A stretch of 64,000 nt of DNA from positions 692,421 through 756,420 of the forward strand of contig CP070751.1 of NCBI GenBank assembly GCA_020348445.1, read 5' to 3'. Made by a program: the position numbers and the translations under genes. Numbering within the stretch: position 1 is the stretch's first letter; every line of letters starts with the position of its first letter. Shown here piece after piece: positions 1-11,000 of this stretch. The notes beneath the pieces were generated by a model, which saw only the letters and a program-made list of their open reading frames with translations, did not search any database and was not told the origin of the DNA. The stretch is from Thermoplasmata archaeon (GTDB lineage: Archaea; Thermoplasmatota; Thermoplasmata; GCA-020350865).

Positions 1-2
1 GT

Positions 3-1814
3 GTGGTGCTGTATGGGAACGCCTATACGATAAGGGACTGCAATATCACATCCAATGGTGCTTATGGGATTTTTCTAATTTCGGCCACGAATTCTTTGAT
101 TTTCGGAACAAACATATCGAACAATTCCTACGGCATCAGAGTGCAAGATACATCAAATACTATCGTTATTAACTCAAGCATAAACAATAGTAATTCATAT
201 GATCTATATCTTAGAGACCGCTCGGAATTGGTATTATTGAACACAACATTCAATAAAACAAGCGTATATTTTTATGATGCTGAATCCGAGTTGACAGTGA
301 TGTGGTATATGCATGTTTATGTGAACGATACCCTTGGAAATCCTGTTTCTGATGCAAAGGTTATAGTAAGAAATGCAACCGGAGTGGTTGTCTTTGATAG
401 ATTGACAGATACAGAAGGGTACTGTAAGTGGATTGTAGTCACAGAGTACATTGAGAACCTAGAATATACAGATTATCATACACCACATAACGTCACGGCT
501 AGTAATGAAACATTGATAGGTAGAGCAACTCCAGAACCTAATATGGATAGAAGTAAATTAGAAAATATAATATTATACAAAAAACCCACTATAGATTTCA
601 TTGAAATCTCGGATGCTCTAGGTGGAACTCCGCTTACGGGTGGAACAGTGCCACCAAATTATCAGGAATGGGGTTACTGCTCGGCTTATAATTATACCTT
701 GGGATATATTGAAACTATATCTGCTAACTGGACTGCACAAGGAGGTGTGTGCTTCCTTCTCGGTCCAACACCCGCGGAAACAAACGGTATAGATGTGGGT
801 AATACACCAGGGAATGTTTGGTTGAACGCCTCTTATTTTAATGGAACATCATGGTATAATGACTCAGTTATGTATACCATACCTACCCCTCCTATTGTGC
901 CTGGTGCTCCACGGGAATTGAGGATTCACAGGGGTGGAGGCACCTGGCCTGCCACACAGGATGATTTGTACATCACATGGATCGCACCCACCGAGAATTG
1001 GGAACACCTTAAATACAATATTCTATACTACGACACCGATCTTTCAAATGGCTTTCAATATGACAATTATCTACTTCTCGGGCGAAATAGCAGCGGACCG
1101 GGAACCCAAGACTTCTGCGTACTTCAGGGTTGGTATGCAGATTCTTATAACTATGTCTTCAAGGTGAATACTACCAACGATACAAAAGGTTCGTATGAGA
1201 ACATGACGGGCACGAATGTGGGATACAAGTACGGGAAGGTTCTTGACTCAACCATGGACTTCGTCTGGGTATCTCTTCCCTATCATTGCGATTATACAAA
1301 TGCTACCCTTATCACAGATGATGCTTTTCCAGATGACACCCATATTTCGTCTATAAAAAAATGGAATTACACGACACAGAGTTACGAAGTGAGGACCTAT
1401 CTTTTGGGTAAATGGGAAGGTGACTTCAACATCGAACCTGGGGATGCAGTCCTTATCTTCGTGACAATTCCGTCCGGTTCATATAATTGGAAGATAGTAG
1501 GTGCACACGATCCAGACCTTGAGTTCGAATTGCATGAGAATCTGGGTACAACCGATTTCAAGATATTGTCACTACCTTACCATAGGTCATATCAAAATGC
1601 GACACATATTACAAATGAGTTTCCTGACAGATCAAAAATAGAGACTGTTGGTCAGTATAATTATACGAGCAATAAATGGGAAACTAGGCATAACTCTTTA
1701 ATTTTGGGTTGGATGGGCGATTTCGATGTTCAATCCTCACCAGTAGATGTTATATTACTCGATGTAACTTCAACTGTACCATATTACTGGAAACCACAGG
1801 TAATGGATTTCTAA
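3..1814 (+). CDS. 5'-truncated secreted/surface protein: end of parallel beta-helix (NosD/PbH1-like) region, one ~100-aa EWGxCS repeat, FN3-like domain, tandem C-terminal xxSLPY domains, no TM anchor
   Basis: ORF is open to the window edge. N/S/I-rich beta-helix repeats (ITSNGAYGIFL, ISNNSYGIRV), repeat TIDFIEISD..EWGYCSAYN..WLNASY, and two homologous C-terminal units (FVWVSLPYH / FKILSLPYH). Confidence 0.75.
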   Translation: MVLYGNAYTIRDCNITSNGAYGIFLISATNSLIFGTNISNNSYGIRVQDTSNTIVINSSINNSNSYDLYLRDRSELVLLNTTFNKTSVYFYDAESELTVMWYMHVYVNDTLGNPVSDAKVIVRNATGVVVFDRLTDTEGYCKWIVVTEYIENLEYTDYHTPHNVTASNETLIGRATPEPNMDRSKLENIILYKKPTIDFIEISDALGGTPLTGGTVPPNYQEWGYCSAYNYTLGYIETISANWTAQGGVCFLLGPTPAETNGIDVGNTPGNVWLNASYFNGTSWYNDSVMYTIPTPPIVPGAPRELRIHRGGGTWPATQDDLYITWIAPTENWEHLKYNILYYDTDLSNGFQYDNYLLLGRNSSGPGTQDFCVLQGWYADSYNYVFKVNTTNDTKGSYENMTGTNVGYKYGKVLDSTMDFVWVSLPYHCDYTNATLITDDAFPDDTHISSIKKWNYTTQSYEVRTYLLGKWEGDFNIEPGDAVLIFVTIPSGSYNWKIVGAHDPDLEFELHENLGTTDFKILSLPYHRSYQNATHITNEFPDRSKIETVGQYNYTSNKWETRHNSLILGWMGDFDVQSSPVDVILLDVTSTVPYYWKPQVMDF

Positions 1815-1983
1815 AATGTTCAATCTTTTAACCATTTTCATTTTTTATAATATATCATAAATATTTTTGTAATATTATCTTTAATACTCTATATTAGTAG
1901 GGATTATGGTTCCAGTAATATCTAAAAATTGGGATTAAAGTTGGGATTCAAGCCTAAATTGCATTGAATTATTGGGAATCCAG

Positions 1984-1998
1984 CGAAAGTTTTATTAA
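1984..1998 (+). promoter_or_regulatory. Candidate archaeal BRE-TATA promoter for the 3418-aa gene
   Basis: CGAAAG followed by TTTTATTAA about 60 nt upstream of the ATG at 2058; SD-like GAGGGGG at ~2044-2050. Confidence 0.45.
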
Positions 1999-2057
1999 TT
2001 CATTACCCCATCATTCCTATACTATCCACATATAAAAAATCCAGAGGGGGGTTTTTT

Positions 2058-5000
2058 ATGATAGAGAAAAAAATCAAGAGAACAGCCCAGATATTTTCGT
2101 TAGTGAGCATACTGTTTCTGATACAGATGTTGTCCATTGAGCAATCCATGGTGGGAAATGTCTCAGCAGGTTCCTCCTGGATCCAAACCACAGAGGCAGA
2201 CTTCAATGCAGGAACACTGGATAACGTTACCGTTACTGCCTCAGGGGATGTAAAGCTGATACTTGAGCCACAAAGTGTAGTAGATGAATTCACAAGTCAT
2301 TCAAAAATCGGTTCTAGCGATAGTGTAATTCTGGATATTACACCTGGTTATTTTATTATCAATAAATCCTATGGTGGATCTGGCACTGAATATGCTAGAT
2401 GTGTTCAGCAGACTTCCGATGGCGGCTATATTATTGCTGGATCCACTGGATCTTACGGTGGCCCGTTATATGAAGTATGGCTGGTTAAGACCGATTTTAT
2501 GGGAAATGAGGAATGGAATAAGACCTTTGGGGGGAGTAGCAGTGAATATGGTTTCTCGGTCCAGCAGACCTCCGATGGGGGTTATATAATTGCAGGATAC
2601 ACGTTTTCTTACGGTGCTGGCTCATATGATGTATGGCTGATTAAAACCGATAATAGTGGAAATGAGGAGTGGAATGAGACTTATGGTGGGAGCCAAGGTG
2701 ATTATGGTTACTCAGTCCAGGAGACTTCAGATGGTGGATTTATCATTGCCGGAACCACTTATTCCTACGGTCCTGGAGATATGGATATGTGGTTGATTAA
2801 GACAAATTACTTGGGTGTTGAGGAATGGAATAATACATTTGGATCATCTACAGAGGAAGATGAAGGTTATTCAGCAATAGAGGCTCCAGATGGTGGTTTC
2901 ATCATCACTGGAATCATGACACCCCCCATCATTGGGGGATCTACCGCGGCCTGGCTCATCAAAACAAATAGCACGGGAGATGAGAAGTGGAATAAGACCT
3001 TCGGCGGAACTTCTAATGATAACGCTAAGTCTGTTAGATTGACCTCTGACGGCGGTTTAATCTTGGTTGGTAGTACAGCCTCCTTCGGAGCAGGTAAGAA
3101 TGATGTTTGGCTTATCAAAACAGATATTGATGGAAATGAAATTTGGAATAGAACTTATGGTGGGGAAGCTATAGATAATGGTTATTCAGTCCAGGAAACA
3201 TCAGATGGCGGCCTTTTTGTTGCCGGAAGTACAAATTCTTTCGGCGATGGAAAGAGTGATTTATGGGTAATTAAAACCGAAAATTACGGAAACGAGATAT
3301 GGAATAGGAGTTTGGGCGGTAACAATGATGATGCGGGGTATTGGGCCCAGCAGACTTCTGACGGGGGCTTTATTATTACAGGGATAATCAATTCCTGGGG
3401 CTCCAGCGGCCAGGATGCGTGGCTAGTCAAATTGGACAAATCAGTGGGAATGACAAAACTCGTAAAAATTAACAGGACATACGGTGGTTCGCTAGCAGAT
3501 TATGGCTGGTCGGTTTTAGAGACAAGTGACGGTGGATTTATAGTCACGGGCTATACGCAAAATTATGGTGCTGGGAATTACGATGCATGGTTAATTAAAA
3601 CAGGTAAATATGGATACGAGAAGTGGAATAAGACCTTTGGTGGAGTCGAATCGGACGGAGCCTATGCATTCAACAAAACTTTTGATGGTGGTTTTATTAT
3701 TACTGGGTATACAAGATCTTGGGGTGCTGAAGATAGTAATGCATGGCTGATCAAAACAGATAAATACGGAAATGAGCAGTGGAACAAGACCTATGGAGGG
3801 CCCGGCCGCGATATTGGACGTTCAGTCAGACAGACCTCAGATGGGGGTTATATTATTTGTGGGCAAACAACTTCTTGGGGTGCTGAGGGTACTAATGCAT
3901 GGCTCATTAAAACCAGTGATATAGGAAAAGAGGAGTGGAACTTCACCTATGGAGGATCTAAAGGGGATTATGGCTATTCAGTGGTGGTAGCCAACGACTA
4001 TGGGTATGTAATTGCCGGGATCACAGAATCATTCGGTATTAATCCATCGGTAGACAATGCGTGGTTGATCAAGACCTACGCCAATGGTAAGGAACATTGG
4101 AACAGAACCTATGGGGGTGTCGATGATGATAGGGCCTATTGTGTCGACAAAACATCGGATGGAGGTTATGTTATCACTGGAGAAACATGGTCTTGGGGCG
4201 CAGGAAATTATGATGTTTGGCTTATTAAGACCGATTCTACAGGTGTGATAAAAGTCAACAAAACATTTGGCGGTTCCAGTACGGATAGTGCGAAATCAGT
4301 CGTAGAAACTTCCGATAAAGGCTATGCAATATTTGGAGAGTCATGGTCCTTTGCTAATGGTGGTTATGATTTCTGGCTCATAAAAACCGATTCTAGTGGT
4401 GGAATTATATTGAATAAAACCTTTGGCGGGAGCACCAACGAACAGGGCTACTCAATACAACAGACCACAGATGGCGGCTATGTTATCTTTGGTTATACCA
4501 GGTCATACGGTGCTGGGAATGCCGATTTTTGGCTTATCAAAACAGATTCAGCAGGCTCGATGGTATTTACCCAAGGTGAATTCACCTCCAAAAATTTGCT
4601 TGCAGGAAAAGCTTCCTATTCAATAACCAACTTTTCATGTGAAATATCAATACCATCCGGGACAAATGCCAGGGTTCAATTCTCCAAAAATTCCATTTCA
4701 TGGTATGATTCAGGTGGAATCCCAGGCCAGTGGGATGTGCTTTCAGACGGAATAAATTTAATTGATCTATTGTCTCTTGATTGGAATGGGTCCTATTTCT
4801 ATTATAGGGTAGAATTTGCATCTACATCAGATCTTTTCCCAATTCTTCATAATATAACCCTATCATATATACAATACATTGCCATGGGGACATTTATTTC
4901 TCAGCCCTTTGATTCGGGTGGTCCTGTTTCCTGGGATACGCTAGACTGGAATGCACAAACACCTCCTGACACAGATATCATATTTCAATTGAGGTCAGCT

Positions 5001-8000
5001 ACTACATTGGCAGGTTTATTTGGCAAGAATTTTGTAGGGCCTGGTGGGTTACCAATCACCTATTATACAAGTCCTGGATCCGTGATTTGGCCTGGTCATA
5101 ATAATGAAAGATGGATTCAATTTAAGGCATATTTTAGAACCACTAGCGGAAATGTCACACCGATATTAAATGATGTCACTATATCTTACAATCGCCTCCC
5201 TGATCCACCTGACCTGTCTCTCCCAACAAATTTCCAAATTACAAACGATAGCACTCCGCAATTTGAGTGGCACTTCCAAGATACGGATGGTACCCAAACA
5301 GGATTTCAGGTTTTAATTGATGATGATAACAATTTCGGGAGTGTAAACTACGACAGCGGAATGAATACCTCGTCCAATGAGAACTGGCAGTTCCCCCTAG
5401 GAACTGGTTATGCGGAAATAACTGACGGTATATGGTACTGGCAGGTGAGAACAAGGGATAATGATGGCGATTGGAGCCCGTACAGCATCAATTGGTCCTT
5501 TACTTTAGATACCACTATCTTGCCACCTGAAGACATATATGCAAATCCAGGTTCATGGACTGGCATAAATTCGTTTTCAGTGCATTGGACCAATCCATCA
5601 GATTTAACTGGAATTGCCGGTGCCTATTACAAGCTGGATTCTGCACCCACATCGAACACAGATGGTACCTATGAAATAGGATCAGGGATCACTTCTATTA
5701 GCGATATTTCAGTTAGCGGTGATGGTCCACACACGATCTACGTCTGGTTAAAGGATGACGCAAACAATATAAATTTCACCAATTACAATACAACAGTTTT
5801 TTACTATGATGGCTCGGCACCCTCTTCACCCACGGATGTTAAAGCCAATCCCAATGACTGGACCGCTACAGATTTGTTTACAGTTACATGGACCAATCCA
5901 AGCGAATTATCGGGAATAGCAGGAGCATATTACAAATTGGATTCCCCACCTACACACGAGACCGATGGAACTTATGTAGCAGGTTCTGATATCACTTCTA
6001 TCAATGGAATAACTGTCAGCGACGATGGTGCACATACAATATATATTTGGCTAGAAGACGAGGTGGGTAACATTGATCACACAAATTACGGAACAACGAT
6101 ATTATACCTTGATGCCACTCCACCTACCTCGCCCACAGATGTAACTGCCATACCAAGTTCCTGGACAAACACGAATTCGTATACTGTACAATGGACCAAT
6201 CCTGCTGACACGTCAGGTATAGCTGGTGTATATTACAAGCTATATTCCCAACCCACTTGGAATGGTGATGGAACATATGTCCCAGGCCCGGGAATTAATT
6301 CCATTAGCAGCATCTCTGTTTCAGGGGAGGGACAACATTCAATCTATATCTGGTTGGTGGATGGTGCAGGTAATGTTGATTATGCCTACAATGGTTCTAC
6401 ATTTTTGCACCTTGACACCACGCCGCCGGACTCGCCAATGGATTTAATACCCACACCAAACACATGGACATCCATAAACTCGTTTTCTGTGTCGTGGGTC
6501 AATCCCTCCGACTTATCAGGAATAGGTGGCGCTTATTACAAGTTGGATTTTGCTCCTTCACATGATACTGATGGAACTTTGATTTCAGGTCCTGGACTCA
6601 ATTCGATAAGCGGTATTACAGTAGGCAGCGATGGTGGACATACTATCTATATTTGGTTAAATGACAATGCAAGCAATGCAGATCATACCACCTATAACAC
6701 CACAACTCTATATTACGATGGTACTGCACCTAATTCGCCCAGTGGCCTTACAGCAACTCCCGATACATGGACGGCTACGAACTCATTTATGATTTCATGG
6801 TTCAATCCCGCTGAATTATCGGGAATAGCAGGAGCATATTATAAGCTGGATTCCGCCCCTACCTCAGATACTGACGGAACATATGTCGCAGATCCTGATA
6901 TTACAAATATCAACGGAATTACTGTTACTGGTGATGCACAGCATCCGATATATGTCTGGTTACAAGATAATGCAGGTAATGCAGATTTTACCACTAGTGA
7001 TATGACATTTCTGTATTACGATGGCACGGCACCCTCTTTACCTTTGGATTTGACAGCTACCCCCAGTACATGGACATCCACTAACTCGTTTTCTGTAGCT
7101 TGGACAAATCCAACTGAAGTGTCAGGCATAGCAGGGGCATATTATAAGTTAGATACTCCCCCCACATCTGACACAGATGGAATTTATGTTGCAGGATCAG
7201 ATATTACTTCCATCAGCAGCATAGCAGTAAGTGGCGATGGTGCGCATACCATTTATATCTGGTTAACAGATGAGGCAGGTAATGTTGATCACAACAATTT
7301 TAATACAACGATTTTATACTATGACGGTGGTGCTCCATCTCTGCCCATGGATGTCACAGCAGACCCTGACATATGGACATCCATTAATTTGTTTAATGTG
7401 TCATGGATAAATCCAAGTGACATAACAGGAATAGCAGGGGCATATTACAAATTGGATTCCCTCCCAACACACGATACCGATGGCACTTATGTTGCAGGAT
7501 CAGGAATTAACAACATCACCGATATAACTGTCAGCGGTGATGGTGCGCACACAATTTATATTTGGTTGGAGGATGGATTGGGTAATATAGATTTCAATAA
7601 TTACAATACAACGATTCTTTACTATGATGGGCCTGCCCCCTCCGAACCTTTGAATATAACTGCCATTCCAGATACTTGGACATCTATTAATTTATTTGAT
7701 GTTTTTTGGGATAATCCGTTCGAACCCTCAGGAATTGCAGGAGCTTATTACAAATTGGATTCTCCACCCACATCTAACACCGACGGAACCTATGTAGCAG
7801 GTTCTGACATCATTTCTATCACCGGAATAACTGTCAGCGGTGATGGTGCGCATACGATCTACGTCTGGTTAAAGAATGGTGCAGGTAACGTGGATTATAA
7901 TAACACCAATACTACAATTTTTTATTTTGATAGCACACCACCCTCACAACCAACAGGTATCACAGCCGATCCTATCTCATGGACATCTTTGAATTCGTTC

Positions 8001-11000
8001 TTAGTATCGTGGACCAATCCAAGTGATGATTCGGGAATCGCAGGAGCATATTATAAGTTGGATACTCCGCCTACATCGAACACCGATGGCACTTATGTTG
8101 CAGGCCCGGGAATTACTTCCATCAGCAATATTATGGTTTCTGGTGATGGTCAACATACGATTTATATCTGGTTAGTAGATAACGCCAGCAATGTGGATTA
8201 TATTAACAATGGTACCACATTTCTATACTATGACAGCACAGCGCCCTCACTTCCCACTGGTGTCGGGGCAACACCAAGTACTTGGACAGCTACGAATTCA
8301 TTTACAGTTACGTGGACCAATCCCAGCGATCTATCGGGAATAGGAGGTGTATATTATAAATTGGACACAGCACCTACCTCGGATACAGATGGCACCTTGG
8401 TTACAGGTCCTGGGATCAATTCCATAACTAATATCGTTGTTTCAAGTGACGGTGCACATACAATTTACATTTGGTTACTAGATAATGCGAGTAACGTTGA
8501 TCATAATAATTATGCTACAACGATATTATACTACGATGGGGCTCCACCCTCCTCGCCCACAAATGTTGTTGCCAATCCTAGTATTTGGACAGCTACGAAT
8601 TTGTTTTCTGTATCCTGGACCAATCCAACTGAACTATCTGGAATTGCGGGAGCTTATTACAAACTGGACTCTCTGCCTACATCAGATACAGATGGAACTT
8701 ATGTTGCAGGATCAGATATTACGTCCATTAGCAACATAGTCGTCACAGGTGATGGTCAACACCCGATATACATATGGCTAATTGATGAATTGGGCAATAT
8801 AGATTATAATAATTACGGTGAAACAAATCTGAATCTTGATAGCACCGCTCCATCTTCTCCCACGGGTGTAGCCGCCACACCCAGTTCTTGGACAGCTATC
8901 AATTCCTTTGATGTATCCTGGACTAATCCCAGTGATCTATCGGGAATTGCAGGGGCATATTATAAATTGGACTCTGCCCCCACCTCGGATACAGACGGTA
9001 CTTTGGTCTCTGGTTCTGGAATTAACTCATTCAACAACATCCCTGTATCAGGTGACGGCCAACATACGATATATATCTGGTTAATAGATGAGGTAGGTAA
9101 CATAGACTATAATAATCGTGATACCACGATTTTATATTATGATGGATCAGCCCCCTCGAAACCAACAGATATAACTGCCGATCCTGTTTCTTGGACAAGT
9201 ACAAATTCATTTACAGTTACATGGACAAATCCAAGCGATCTATCAGGAATTGCAGGGGCATATTATAAATTGGACTCGCAACCCACATCAAATACAGACG
9301 GTACTTTGGTCTCAGGTTCTGGGATTACCTCCATCAGCAGCATTGTTGTAACAGGTGATGGCCAACATTCTATCTATGTTTGGCTAATTGATGAGGTGGG
9401 TAATATAAACTATATTAATCGCAATTCCACTGTACTATATTATGATGGTTCTGCACCATCCTCTCCAACAAATGTCATGGCAGATCCCAATACTTGGACA
9501 TCCACTGATTTGTTCACAATATCATGGGACAATCCCCCTGAGCTATCAGGTATAGATGGTGCATATTACAAGCTGGATTCGGTACCTTCCACGAGCACGG
9601 ATGGTACCCTTGTATCTGGTTCTGGAATTACCTCTATCAGTAATATTGCGGTTTTGGATGATGGCCAACACACTATCTATATTTGGTTAATAGATAAAGC
9701 TGGTAATATAAATCATTTAAATCGTGGCTCTACGGTTTTGCAATACGACGCAACAGCACCTTCTTTACCCCAAACTGTGGAGGCAAATCCAAGTAGTTGG
9801 ACCTCGACAAATTCATTTACTGTATCATGGATCAATCCAAGTGAATTATCAGGTATAGCAGGAGCATATTATAAATTGGATTCGGAGCCTACTTCCAATA
9901 CAGATGGAACTTATGTTGCAGAAAATGATATAACATCGATAAGTAGCATTACAGTTAGCGGGGACGGTGAACACACCATCTACATATGGTTAAAAGATAA
10001 GGCAGGTAACGTGGATTATAATAACAATGCTTCCACAATTCTATATTATGACGGTTCGGCACCATCTAAGCCTGAAGGGATAGCAGCCAATCCCGATAAT
10101 TGGACTGCAGTCAATTCGTTCTCAGTGTCATGGACAAACCCAACTGATTTATCGGGTATTGTAGGAGCTTATTATAAGTTGGATACTCCCCCCTCGTTTA
10201 ATACCGACGGCACATACGCCCCTGGTGCAGGAATCAGTTCTCTGAGCAACATATTCGTTAGTGGTGACGGTCAACATACGATTTACGTCTGGTTAAAAGA
10301 TGGTGTAGATAACATAAATTACAATAATCACAACACCACGATATTGTATTATGATGGATCAGCTCCCTCGGTACCCACAGGAATATCAGTTAATCCAAAT
10401 ACCTGGACATCAGTCAATTCATTTACCATAAATTGGAATAATCCTTCAGATGTATCTGGGATCAAGGAAGGAGCGTACTATTATATAGGAACCTCACCTC
10501 CCACTTCCTCGGCAGATGGATCTTGGACATCTGATAAACCATTTACAATCACAAATGCACCCCAAGGTTCCAATAACATATATCTATGGCTCGAGGATAA
10601 TGTGGGAAATAAGAATCATTTGAATTACGGCTCCATAGTTTTGAAATTGGATAACACCCCTGCGACCATCCAGCATACATTTGTTACGGCCGGCACGATA
10701 AATGAACCAATAACAATTGAAGCCGAAGTTATAGACACTCATACCGGAGTCAACAGTGTTCTTTTGTACTGGAAGAAGAAATCGGATGATATATACATAT
10801 CAGAAATCATGGATGGCACAGGTGATACATACTCTGCTGAGATAACTACAGATTCAACAGAATCCCTTGAATATTATATCAAGGCAACTGACCAATCCCA
10901 ACCTCCCAATATCGGTTATTACAGCCTGTATGGGCAGGTTACAGATGAACCTGATTCCTCCAATGATATCGATATTACAATATCAGGTGTTGATAAGATA

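Noticed and set aside
5508-10650. Regularly spaced repeats considered as a CRISPR array or diversity-generating retroelement
   Set aside because: The 303-nt period lies entirely within one reading frame with synonymous divergence; there are no short identical repeats with unique spacers, and no cas or reverse-transcriptase gene.
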